Source: Nitrospinaceae bacterium (GTDB taxonomy: Bacteria > Nitrospinota > Nitrospinia > Nitrospinales > VA-1). From it: a stretch of 35,817 bases of DNA. This document shows, in pieces, positions 8,573 through 17,353 of the stretch (position 1 is the stretch's first letter; each line of letters opens with the position of its first letter). The stretch lies in the NCBI GenBank assembly GCA_046754465.1, contig JBHHVU010000031.1, positions 1-35,817 of the forward strand. Direction: 5' to 3'. The notes under the pieces are model-generated. The model worked only from the letters and a program-made list of their open reading frames with translations. It was not told the origin of the DNA and did not search any database. The position numbers and the translations under genes are program-made.

Positions 8573-9672
8573 TTCCGGAAAGGCAATAAGGTTTCACTGT
8601 CGATGGTGAGAATAAGATAAAAGCCGATGGACGTAAACAACGCCAGCGGGCCCCATGCGGCGAGAACGGGTCCGAAGGTTCCCCCCCGTCCCAGGGAAAT
8701 CCCCATCGCATAAAGAAAAGAAAAAAATATTCCCAGGCTCAGGTTCAAGGCGACGGAAAACAGGACGCCGCCATGGCGGCTGGTGCGAAGGGAAAGCGGG
8801 ATGCCGATCAAGGCCATGACAATCGCGATGAAGGGATAGGAGATTTTGTGATGCAGGTCCACCCATTTTTTGGACACATCCTTGCCTTCCGATTGCCAGG
8901 CTAGGATTTCTTCGTACAATTTTCTCAAGTTCATTTCTTCGGGACGTTTTTTGATGATTTGAAAATCCGACGGGATTTCCGAAAATGGAAAATAATTTTT
9001 CTCGAAGAACTCGGTTTTTTCCAGGCCCTCCGGTCCAAAGGACCGCACAAAGCCGTCAATGAACTCCCATCGGTTGTCCTTCCATACGGCCTTCGCGGAA
9101 TCGATGCGCTTTTGGATGAACTGATCATCCCGCGTGATGAATATGCTGACCCCCTTCAGTGTGGAATGTTGCGGATCGAAATTCTCCACATTCCAGATGG
9201 TGCCCGCTTTGGATTTGTACCAAATCTTGTCCTTGATGATTTTCCCCGACGTCGCCCTTCCGCGGACCTGGACGAAGAAAATATGGTTCATTTTCTTGCT
9301 GGTGACGGGGGCGATATATTCATTGCTGGCGAGCACGAGCAAGGCGATGAGCATGGCCCCCCCCACGATCGGCAGGGTGATTCCCGTCACGCTGATTCCG
9401 CTGGCCTTAATGGCGGTGATCTCGTTGTTCTTGCTCAGGGAGGCGATGGCGATCACCGTTGCCAGCAGCACGGCCTGGGGGGCCATGAAGAAAAATGCGA
9501 AGGGGATTTTATAAAAATAGTAAGCCAGCAGCATCCAGGCCGGAACCCCCCTGCTGACGAACTCGTCGACCCTCTCAAAAAAATCACCGATCAGAAAAAT
9601 ACCCACCAGTCCGCAGGCGGAGAGCAGGAATAAACGAAAAAATTCTGTCAATATATAGCGTTTGAGGATCAT
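8569..9672 (-). CDS. lptG: LPS export ABC transporter permease LptG
   Basis: ILKRYI N-terminus, NEITAIKASGIS motif, 3 TM + periplasmic domain + 3 TM, LAAW near C-terminus. LptG versus LptF call is less certain. Confidence 0.85.
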   Translation of the reverse strand: MILKRYILTEFFRLFLLSACGLVGIFLIGDFFERVDEFVSRGVPAWMLLAYYFYKIPFAFFFMAPQAVLLATVIAIASLSKNNEITAIKASGISVTGITLPIVGGAMLIALLVLASNEYIAPVTSKKMNHIFFVQVRGRATSGKIIKDKIWYKSKAGTIWNVENFDPQHSTLKGVSIFITRDDQFIQKRIDSAKAVWKDNRWEFIDGFVRSFGPEGLEKTEFFEKNYFPFSEIPSDFQIIKKRPEEMNLRKLYEEILAWQSEGKDVSKKWVDLHHKISYPFIAIVMALIGIPLSLRTSRHGGVLFSVALNLSLGIFFSFLYAMGISLGRGGTFGPVLAAWGPLALFTSIGFYLILTIDSETLLPFRK

Positions 9673-10772
9673 GGCCGCGGGAATCCCTTTCCCCGGATTT
9701 GGGTATTCAATCCGGGTAGATATTTCTTCAGAATATCGCCCAAAGAGGCTAGTTCGGAGCGGTCCTCCAAGGTTTGCCGGACGTAGTCCAGGGTTGGGGG
9801 GATATATTCCAGATACCGGTCATTGCCGTTCACCACGCTTTGGTAGGCGAAAGTTCCCACCGCCTTTAAATTCCTCTGCACCGACATCCAGTCGAAAATT
9901 CTGTAAAATTCCTGCCGGTCCACCCGCCGGTCCACCTGCCTTTCCTTGAGGTCGATGAAGAGGTCGATCATTTCCCGGCGAAAATCATTTTCCAGACGAA
10001 CGTAGGAATCCTTGAGCAGTGAAACCAGATCATACTGGCAGGGTCCCATCCGCGCGTCCTGGAAATCGAGAATCCTGAGCCTGCCGTTTTGGACTATCAG
10101 GTTCCTGGAATGGTAATCCCGATGCGTGAAGCAGGGTTCCTGGGCCGCCAGGGTTTCGCAAAGCGATTGAAAGTGGCGGCGGATTTCACCGGTTGCATCC
10201 GCGTTCGGGAGGCACCCATTCAACCCGCCCACGTAATGCGTCAGCATGAAATCGAGTTCCCACATCAGTTTGTCAACGTCGAACCGGCGATGAAAGGCCG
10301 GACAATCGGGCGCGGCATTTTGAGTGGCGCGGCCGTGCAGGCGGGCAAGAAGTTCCACTGCCTTGCGGTAATACGTCCGGGTTTCCCCGGGATGGCCGCG
10401 AACCCGGTCTTCCAGTGTTGCCCGGCCGCAGTCCTCCAGAAACAGGAGTCCTTTCACCGAATCATAATAATACAATTCCGGGACGGGCAGGTCCAGGCCA
10501 CGCAGAAAATTTAATATCCGGGTAAAATCCGTCTCCGATGCGCCGGTGGGTTCTTTCAATTGCATGACAATCACCGACGCGTGGTCTTCCTCTGCAGGGG
10601 CCTTTTTGAAAGATACGCGAAAATAGGACCGGTCCGAGGCGTCCCCCGCCAACGAGTCACAAACCACTTCGCGCACCGGTGAACGGACGATCGACGGCAG
10701 GAACTCCAGTAGGAAATCCTTCCCGAAACGCGCGGGCGAATTGGGATCATCAAATGTGGGCGTGCGGGTCAT
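9669..10772 (-). CDS. amgK: Aminoglycoside phosphotransferase-family kinase, AmgK-like (anomeric MurNAc/GlcNAc kinase)
   Basis: LAGDASDRSYFR, LEDCG, HRDYHSRN, LDFQDA, YDLVSLLKD and QRNLKAVGTF motifs. Confidence 0.8.
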   Translation of the reverse strand: MTRTPTFDDPNSPARFGKDFLLEFLPSIVRSPVREVVCDSLAGDASDRSYFRVSFKKAPAEEDHASVIVMQLKEPTGASETDFTRILNFLRGLDLPVPELYYYDSVKGLLFLEDCGRATLEDRVRGHPGETRTYYRKAVELLARLHGRATQNAAPDCPAFHRRFDVDKLMWELDFMLTHYVGGLNGCLPNADATGEIRRHFQSLCETLAAQEPCFTHRDYHSRNLIVQNGRLRILDFQDARMGPCQYDLVSLLKDSYVRLENDFRREMIDLFIDLKERQVDRRVDRQEFYRIFDWMSVQRNLKAVGTFAYQSVVNGNDRYLEYIPPTLDYVRQTLEDRSELASLGDILKKYLPGLNTQIRGKGFPRP

Positions 10773-10804
10773 GGGGTCCGGGATAGAGGGAAAAATGAAT
10801 CCAT

Positions 10805-10833
10805 TTCACATTTGTTTCATCTTAAGATACAAT
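10805..10833 (+). promoter_or_regulatory. Putative sigma70 promoter of the ferredoxin gene
   Basis: TTCACA-17 nt-TACAAT, upstream of a GGAGG ribosome-binding site. Confidence 0.55.
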
Positions 10834-10865
10834 CTTCGCTCTTCAGCAAATGTTTGGAGGAAACA

Positions 10866-11192
10866 ATGCCAAAACCAAATTACCATATCCTTGTTTGTGC
10901 AAACAAGAGACCGCCGGGTCATCCCAGGGGTTCCTGTGGAGAAAATCAGGCTGAGGCCGTCCTGGAAAAGTTTAGCATGGGCATCGAGGAAAAAATGCTT
11001 TTTGGAAAAACCATCCTTTCCACGTCTTCGTGTCTTGGGCCTTGCTCCATAGGGACCGTTGTGATCATTTATCCCGATTCCGTCTGGTACAACAAGGTCA
11101 AACCGGAGGACGTCGAAGAGATCCTGGACCAGCATATCGTTCAGGGAAAGAAAGTGGAGCGGCTGGAAATCCCCGATGAAATCTGGGGCTGA
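10866..11192 (+). CDS. Thioredoxin-like [2Fe-2S] ferredoxin
   Basis: GGAGG at 10856-10860; HILVC-x12-C...CLGPC-x-GT-V-IYPD-VWY, the four-Cys pattern of Trx-like ferredoxins. Confidence 0.92.
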   Translation: MPKPNYHILVCANKRPPGHPRGSCGENQAEAVLEKFSMGIEEKMLFGKTILSTSSCLGPCSIGTVVIIYPDSVWYNKVKPEDVEEILDQHIVQGKKVERLEIPDEIWG

Positions 11193-11319
11193 CCTCCACG
11201 GGGGGAGGGAATAGTCCCAGAGGCGCGGGGAGGGAAGTCAGGGCTCGAATCCCTGTCCATCTTCCCATATAAGGTAATGCCTTTCAAACCCAACAGGGGA
11301 AGTTCTCCTCCGGAAAAAG

Positions 11320-11946
11320 TCAGGGCGGTCCGGTTTGGAGTTTTTCCGAAAGGTCTCTCCCCTTGCCCGCGAGATCCAGAATGCGGGTCCAGAGCTCCTT
11401 TCTTCCGGTTTTGTTTTTACTGGAAAAGACAATCAACTCCTTTTCACTCCCGCCAAAAAATACATTCCTGATTTTTTCGGCCCGCCGGGCTCGTTCGGAG
11501 GCTGAAAGCTTATCCGATTTCGTGGCAACGAGGAGGTAACGGATTCCATTCGCTTCCAACCAGTCTTTCAGGTCCAGGTCCAGGGGCGTGGGGTCCCGGC
11601 GAAGATCGATGATGAACACCAGGGCCGTCAGGGTTTCCCGCTGGAGAAGGTATTGTTCGATCATCCGTTTCCACTTTCGCTGAATGGCCGGCGGCACCTT
11701 GGCGAAACCGTAACCGGGCAGGTCGGCGAATATCAGCGCATCGTTGATCTTGAAAAAATTGATCTCCTGGGTTTTCCCCGGCGTGGAGCTGATCCGGACC
11801 AGTTTTTTCCGGTTCAGCAGGGAACGAATGAGGGAGGATTTGCCGACATTCGACCGGCCGGCAAACGCGAATTCGGGATACAAGCCGCGGGGGTATTGCC
11901 CCGCCGACACCGCGCCCTTGAGAAATTCCGCTGAAACGATCTTCAT
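11320..11946 (-). CDS. engB: Ribosome biogenesis GTPase YihA/YsxC
   Basis: G1 GRSNVGKSS, TPGKT, G3 DLPGYG, G4 TKSDK. Confidence 0.96.
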   Translation of the reverse strand: MKIVSAEFLKGAVSAGQYPRGLYPEFAFAGRSNVGKSSLIRSLLNRKKLVRISSTPGKTQEINFFKINDALIFADLPGYGFAKVPPAIQRKWKRMIEQYLLQRETLTALVFIIDLRRDPTPLDLDLKDWLEANGIRYLLVATKSDKLSASERARRAEKIRNVFFGGSEKELIVFSSKNKTGRKELWTRILDLAGKGRDLSEKLQTGPP

Positions 11947-13238
11947 GATTCAAACCGGTTGATCACCAGCCCCGATAATAATTTAGGATAAAAGAAAGTG
12001 GCTTTTTGCGGAAGGCGGATGCCATTTTCCGCCAATCGGCGCACCTGCGAAATTTTCGTCGGGTTCATGAAAAAAGCCAGATCGCAATCCCCAGAATCTA
12101 CCTTCTCCATCGCCTCGCCGATCTCCGTCGTGTAAGACACGTATTGCTGATTCCCACTCTGTTTCGTATCGATTCCCAAAAAGGATTTGATGATGATCGC
12201 ATGGAGCTGGGCCACGTCCAGAACCTTTAGCTCTTCCGGTTCATCCGGTTCCAGGAAGGGGAGGATACGTTGAGGATCCGGCAATCGTAATAAATAGCAT
12301 TTTCCTTTTCCCAGATAGGCGCAGAAAGCGATGCCGGATTCGCCCGCTTTTTCGAGCAGGGTCTTGACGCGTGACGCCGGTGTATCCTGCGCGAGGGTTT
12401 CCATCTCGAAAACCTCGCCGACGCGCAAAAGAAAATCCTGCCCTTCAAAGGGCGAAGGACACCGCACCATGCGGTGAATGGGAAAAATCGACATGGAATC
12501 CGAATCGAGATTAGTCAAGAACATCATCACGTGCGCCGCGTCGCTCACTTCGTGTCCGTGATTTTTAAAATAGGCCAGGGCGGTCTCATACCGGTGATGC
12601 CCATCCGCGATGTAAATTTTCTTGTCCTCAAAACTTCTTGAAATGAACCGGATGGACTCCCCGTCGGTGAGACGCCAGAAACGGTGGGAGACGGTTCCAT
12701 TTTCCACCGTAAACAAGGGAGGAGTCCGCAGGGTATCCTCCAGCTTTTGGTCGATCCTGCCCCGGGGATCGGAAAACAAGCCGAAGATGGGGCTGAAATT
12801 GGCACGGCAGGCTATCAGCAAACGCATGCGGTCTTTCTTCGCTTTCGCCAGCGTGAATTCATGCGGGCAGATGTTGCCTGTACTGAAATCTTCCAGTTTC
12901 ACCCGGGCGAAGAACCCGGTGCGGGTCAGGGATCGATCCCCGAATCGGTAATCCTGGCTGTAGACATAGAGCCCCGGTTCCCGGTCACGGGTCAGGATCC
13001 CCTGGTCGATCCATTCCGTGAAATCCCGGGCCGACCGTGTATAGCGGCTGTTCTGTTCCGTATCGCCGGGAAATTCCTTTCCCAGGATAAGACGAACCAC
13101 GTTGTAAGGACTTTTCAGGTAAAGTTCCTCCTGCGCCTGGGGCGTGATCACATCATAAGGAGGCGCGATAACCTTTTCCTGGGGGCCGATTTTTTCCGGG
13201 TTGTACAACAACCCCGTGAAGGGAACGACTTCTACCAT
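11943..13238 (-). CDS. DUF1015 family protein
   Basis: APPYDVI, PHEFT, IADGHHRYETA, PIHR and PQKATFFYPKLLSGL motifs. Confidence 0.9.
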   Translation of the reverse strand: MVEVVPFTGLLYNPEKIGPQEKVIAPPYDVITPQAQEELYLKSPYNVVRLILGKEFPGDTEQNSRYTRSARDFTEWIDQGILTRDREPGLYVYSQDYRFGDRSLTRTGFFARVKLEDFSTGNICPHEFTLAKAKKDRMRLLIACRANFSPIFGLFSDPRGRIDQKLEDTLRTPPLFTVENGTVSHRFWRLTDGESIRFISRSFEDKKIYIADGHHRYETALAYFKNHGHEVSDAAHVMMFLTNLDSDSMSIFPIHRMVRCPSPFEGQDFLLRVGEVFEMETLAQDTPASRVKTLLEKAGESGIAFCAYLGKGKCYLLRLPDPQRILPFLEPDEPEELKVLDVAQLHAIIIKSFLGIDTKQSGNQQYVSYTTEIGEAMEKVDSGDCDLAFFMNPTKISQVRRLAENGIRLPQKATFFYPKLLSGLVINRFES

Positions 13239-13329
13239 GACATAATGGGCAAGCCGGTTTCAGGATTCCTCCCACAAGCCCGGCCGGGGTTCCCCACCTT
13301 TCGGGGGAATGAAATGTTAACGGATTTTT

Positions 13330-13803
13330 TCATAACGCTTCACAATCGCAGAGTTCGCGGATGTAACGAACCAGGGAACCGATGGTGTCATCGTCCAGGG
13401 TATGTCCCCATGCGGGCATACAGGGCGCCCTGCCCACGGCCAGCCCTCCCAGCTTGATAGCGTCGAACAACTGCTGGTCGGTCCGGGTTTCCAGGTAGTC
13501 CGTCTTCGTGTGGTTTCTTGGCGGAACGGTCAATGATTTCGCGTTGATGCCGTCGCCATGGCCCATCGACCCGTGGCATTGTGCGCAATACCATTGGTAG
13601 GTTTTCCGGGTAGCGCCGGTCACTCCGGCGAGGGCCGGTTTCGGAATCTGGGGAGCCATGGCTTTTGGGGGTTCCGTTTTTCCGGCGGACGGCGCGGCCT
13701 GTTTTGATTCCGTCTCCCCCCCTCCACATGCGGAAAGCCCAACCATCATTCCCACAGCGAGGATTGCCCTCCACCTTCTTGAACGCTTTTCCATTCCCGC
13801 CAT
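13330..13803 (-). CDS. Monoheme cytochrome c lipoprotein
   Basis: Lipobox LSAC, CAQCH, distal Met in CMPAW, C-terminal LCDC. Confidence 0.9.
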   Translation of the reverse strand: MAGMEKRSRRWRAILAVGMMVGLSACGGGETESKQAAPSAGKTEPPKAMAPQIPKPALAGVTGATRKTYQWYCAQCHGSMGHGDGINAKSLTVPPRNHTKTDYLETRTDQQLFDAIKLGGLAVGRAPCMPAWGHTLDDDTIGSLVRYIRELCDCEAL

Positions 13804-13808
13804 GATGG

Positions 13809-14489
13809 CTATTTCCAGTCCCCTATTTTGAGTGACATGATGTATTTGGTCAGTTGCACCGCGGCTTCATCTTCCAGGTCAAACCGGGGCATCCGGCTTT
13901 TTCCCGGGATTTTCTCCGGCGATTTCAGTTTGTTGAATACCCAATCCGCCTGCAACCGGTTGCCGGCGTTGGCGAGGGAGGGGCCGGAGATACCGCCGCG
14001 GGGTTTGCCGGCGAGGTTGATTCCCTCATGACACGCGATGCACCCATAATTCCTTTCAAAAAGAATTTTCGCCTTCACCCGCTTCCCCTTGGTCAGGGGC
14101 TTATCATCCACTATACCCGAAACCGGGTCTGGCTGTTTCAACGAAAGCAGAAACCGGACCATTTCCCGGGCATCTTTTTCGGAAAGGGCCACATGGGGGC
14201 GAGCAAGCGTGGGTTTGCCCTCAAGGAATCCCGGATCCATCAAGTAACCCGCCTTGCGAATGACCACGGGTTTTTGCAGGAACTTTTCCAGCCAAGCCGA
14301 TTGAAATTTATCCCCTGCATAAAACAAATCCGGCGCCTTGGCGGATGCCTCCGGTGCGTCCGGGGAGAACCGATGGCACTCCGTACACCCATGTTTTTCG
14401 GCGGGCGAGGGGGTTGCCATGGCCGGGGCCATCAAGGCCGGTCCCGTCATCCAAATAAGGATTAATGCCATCCATCGGGTTATGGTCAT
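13809..14489 (-). CDS. Diheme cytochrome c
   Basis: Signal peptide; CTECH with APDL and CIACH with GPSL; MPRF as candidate distal Met. Confidence 0.9.
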   Translation of the reverse strand: MTITRWMALILIWMTGPALMAPAMATPSPAEKHGCTECHRFSPDAPEASAKAPDLFYAGDKFQSAWLEKFLQKPVVIRKAGYLMDPGFLEGKPTLARPHVALSEKDAREMVRFLLSLKQPDPVSGIVDDKPLTKGKRVKAKILFERNYGCIACHEGINLAGKPRGGISGPSLANAGNRLQADWVFNKLKSPEKIPGKSRMPRFDLEDEAAVQLTKYIMSLKIGDWK

Positions 14490-17344
14490 TCTTGTTCTAC
14501 CGGTTTTTCCAAGGCTGGCATCCCGTTGGGAGACGGTTCACCCTGGAACATGTCCTGGAAAAAATCCAGTATGGGATTTTCTTTTTGAGGCGCGTTTGGA
14601 TCTTCCGGCTGATCCGGGGATGACGCGGGAAGATCCTCGACGGAAATCCGCCCTGAAAAAAATTCATTTCGATCCAGGTCATAATACAAATCTTCCAACG
14701 TACTTGGGCGGCCAAAACGCTTCTCCTTTTCCTCGTGTTTCCGATCGTAGGGGAATTCCCCCCGGATCAGGAGGCGGGGCAGCCTTTTTTCCCGCAGGTC
14801 GAGATAACGGAAGGCGCGGTAGGAGTCGGTCTTTTTTTTGAGCGCCGCGATTTCCTTCAGGTTTAAAAACCTCGCCTTTCTGGGGGGAAAGGCGGTTTGT
14901 AGCGGCTGGCCCCTGGAGGTCACCACCTGTTTGAGCTGGAACTCGCTGGGGATGTGATTTTGCGATTTCAGCTCGTCAAAAAATGTTTTGGCATCCTTTA
15001 TGGAATTTTTGAGGGGATCGCCCAGTCCCGCGGTCAGGGGGTTCCGGTGGCAGCTTTCGCAACTGCGCGCGGTCTTGCGTATCGTGTGCGGGGCGTGTGG
15101 CTGCAGGATCAGGCCCGGGTTGCCGCCGCGGGTTTGCAAAAGCTCCGCCCTTTTAAGCGGCGGCGGGCCTTTCCCGGGTCGGCCGGTCACGAAGTATTGA
15201 TACCTGGGTTTCATGACCGTGTATTTTCCCCACGGATTTTTGCCGAGGATGAGGCTGTCCCAGCTCGTTTCGGTTAAGACATCCCACCAAACCCCTTTGA
15301 TGTAGTTTCCCTCGATTCCGCCGGGACCCTCCACCGCCGTCACCCAATCCAGCATGGTTTTCGATCCGTTGTCAGGGTTTTGTTGGGAGATCAGGTGCTG
15401 CAGCGACGGATCGGAAAAACTCCAATCCCGCCATTTTCCCAGGTCCGGTTCCTTTTCGTAGATGAGGTGCATCCCCCAATCAGCGGCGGACCAGCGGGCA
15501 TGGCAGGTATAACATTCCAAAAGTGTCATGTGTCCTTCAATCTGGTGGGCGGGGGGCGGTTTGATGTCTTTCAGGATCGGGATAATGTGCTTGGCCCCCG
15601 TCACTTTGGAATAAAGGATCCATTTGTCTTTCACCCGTTTGATATGGTGCATCCGGGTTCCCTGGGAATTGACCAGAACGGAGTCCCCAAAGCCGATTTT
15701 TTTGACCAGATTGTGATTTCGGCGAATCGCCTGGATGATTGCCTTGGAGTTGGGATCCGATTCCAGGAGAAGGAACTCTTCCGGTGTGCGGAAGGGGGTG
15801 CCATGGCAATCCTCGCATTTGATGTCGATCTTTCTCTCCATGGGGGACGGGGCGGACGCCCCCTTGATATCCGTTCCCACGTGGCAGTCGATGCAATGCA
15901 TGCCGCGTTCCCGATGGATGTCGGGCACCAGAAACTCGTGTTCACTTCCATAAAGAACCGGTTTTTCGTCGTCGATGCGTTGCTGCGAGGATTTTGGCCG
16001 CGCGGGTTTGCTGAGCAGTCCTTCAAACTCATTTCCAACGCCGTTGGCGTTGTGGCAATGCTCGCACTGAACACTGGGGATGGCCAGCGTGAATTTGTGA
16101 AGGACCGGGTAACCGCGTGGGTTCTCCAGGGAAAGGGACGCGGATTTCCTCTGGAAAATTTTCCGGTGGATCTCTGCGGCGGCTCTTTGTTTCGACTGAA
16201 TGGCGCGGTCGCGGGTCAGGGTGGACCCGTCGTTGGCGTAGATCATGTGGCAGGCGGCGCAGCCGGTGGCGCGAAAATCCCCTGCCCGGTGAGGAGGATT
16301 CCCCTGAATGTGACAGCGCAGACATTTCGTCCGCAAAAACGAATCCACCGGGTGGCCTTTCTCCGGCGTGGGGGGAAGCTTTTCGTTCGTCCCCTTTTCG
16401 GGCAGCAAGGAATAGATATCCGTGTCCCGGGGTTGCGCGCCCCAGGCGTAACGGGTGATATTGATGATTCCCTTGGCCGTGGTCATCAGGGAGGCCCGGA
16501 CTTTTTCAATTTGGTCGGCGTGGCATTTCCCGCAGAATTTGGGCGCATGTTTCAAATCCGATGGGTTGGAAACCAACCCCTTGTGGGCCTGGGGAAGGGA
16601 TCGGGCTCTCCTGTTTCCTCCATGGCATTTGGAACAGCGGAAATTGTGGTTTTTGCTGATCTGCTCGATTCCCTGGTGGCAGGACAGGCATCCGTCACCC
16701 CGCTTCAGTTGAACCACCTTGCCGAATACATCGTTGATGGAAAAATTCGAGTCGCGGTAATAGTTCTCGATGAACTTGCCGGAATCCGAGTAGGAATTAA
16801 AACGAATCCCGTCGATGGTGATGCCCGGTTCCAAAACCTCGGCCGAATCCTCCTGGAATCCACGTACCGGAAAAAAGGGATCGCGGAAATCCCCGGCGTC
16901 GAGGTAATGCTTTTCCAGGGTTTGGGGCGTCTCCACCATTTTCTTTTCTTCCGGGGGGTGAACAGGCGGTGGCGCCTCTTCCACGAAGGTGGACTCCGAA
17001 AATCCTTTTTCTTCTTCCTGGGAAGATTCATCGGGGAGGGGTGGCCAGTTGAAAAATCCCCGTTCCTGATCTCCCGTTCCGGTATCTTCCGGCTGCGCGG
17101 CGGGAGGGGCGGACGGCGCTGGCCGGAGTTCCCCCGGGCCTGGCGATTTTATCGTCTCCTCATTGAGAGCCCCGGAGTCCGGGGTTTCGGGTGCCCGTGG
17201 CGGATTCTCCGTTGGCGCCAACTTCCGGGTATCTTCCGGTGCCATCAAATCCTCGATCCCCTGGGCCTGCAGCCCGGGGTTGAAAATCCCCAACAGGAAA
17301 ACGGACGAAAGGGTGGCGAGCCCGATTTTTTGAAAAGAGGTCAT
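14486..17344 (-). CDS. Multiheme cytochrome c, 10 CxxCH motifs
   Basis: Signal peptide; Pro/Glu-rich linker; CLSCH, CSKCH, CGKCH, CLRCH, CAACH, CEHCH, CIDCH, CEDCH, CYTCH, CESCH. Confidence 0.92.
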   Translation of the reverse strand: MTSFQKIGLATLSSVFLLGIFNPGLQAQGIEDLMAPEDTRKLAPTENPPRAPETPDSGALNEETIKSPGPGELRPAPSAPPAAQPEDTGTGDQERGFFNWPPLPDESSQEEEKGFSESTFVEEAPPPVHPPEEKKMVETPQTLEKHYLDAGDFRDPFFPVRGFQEDSAEVLEPGITIDGIRFNSYSDSGKFIENYYRDSNFSINDVFGKVVQLKRGDGCLSCHQGIEQISKNHNFRCSKCHGGNRRARSLPQAHKGLVSNPSDLKHAPKFCGKCHADQIEKVRASLMTTAKGIINITRYAWGAQPRDTDIYSLLPEKGTNEKLPPTPEKGHPVDSFLRTKCLRCHIQGNPPHRAGDFRATGCAACHMIYANDGSTLTRDRAIQSKQRAAAEIHRKIFQRKSASLSLENPRGYPVLHKFTLAIPSVQCEHCHNANGVGNEFEGLLSKPARPKSSQQRIDDEKPVLYGSEHEFLVPDIHRERGMHCIDCHVGTDIKGASAPSPMERKIDIKCEDCHGTPFRTPEEFLLLESDPNSKAIIQAIRRNHNLVKKIGFGDSVLVNSQGTRMHHIKRVKDKWILYSKVTGAKHIIPILKDIKPPPAHQIEGHMTLLECYTCHARWSAADWGMHLIYEKEPDLGKWRDWSFSDPSLQHLISQQNPDNGSKTMLDWVTAVEGPGGIEGNYIKGVWWDVLTETSWDSLILGKNPWGKYTVMKPRYQYFVTGRPGKGPPPLKRAELLQTRGGNPGLILQPHAPHTIRKTARSCESCHRNPLTAGLGDPLKNSIKDAKTFFDELKSQNHIPSEFQLKQVVTSRGQPLQTAFPPRKARFLNLKEIAALKKKTDSYRAFRYLDLREKRLPRLLIRGEFPYDRKHEEKEKRFGRPSTLEDLYYDLDRNEFFSGRISVEDLPASSPDQPEDPNAPQKENPILDFFQDMFQGEPSPNGMPALEKPVEQE

Positions 17345-17353
17345 TCGATCACT

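Noticed and set aside
11232..11267. T-arm-like CAGGG-CTCGAAT-CCCTG followed by ...CCCA, resembling a tRNA 3' fragment or att site
   Set aside because: No matching 5' acceptor strand, D-arm or anticodon arm; the loop has C instead of T54; no integrase nearby. Better explained as a hairpin between convergent genes.
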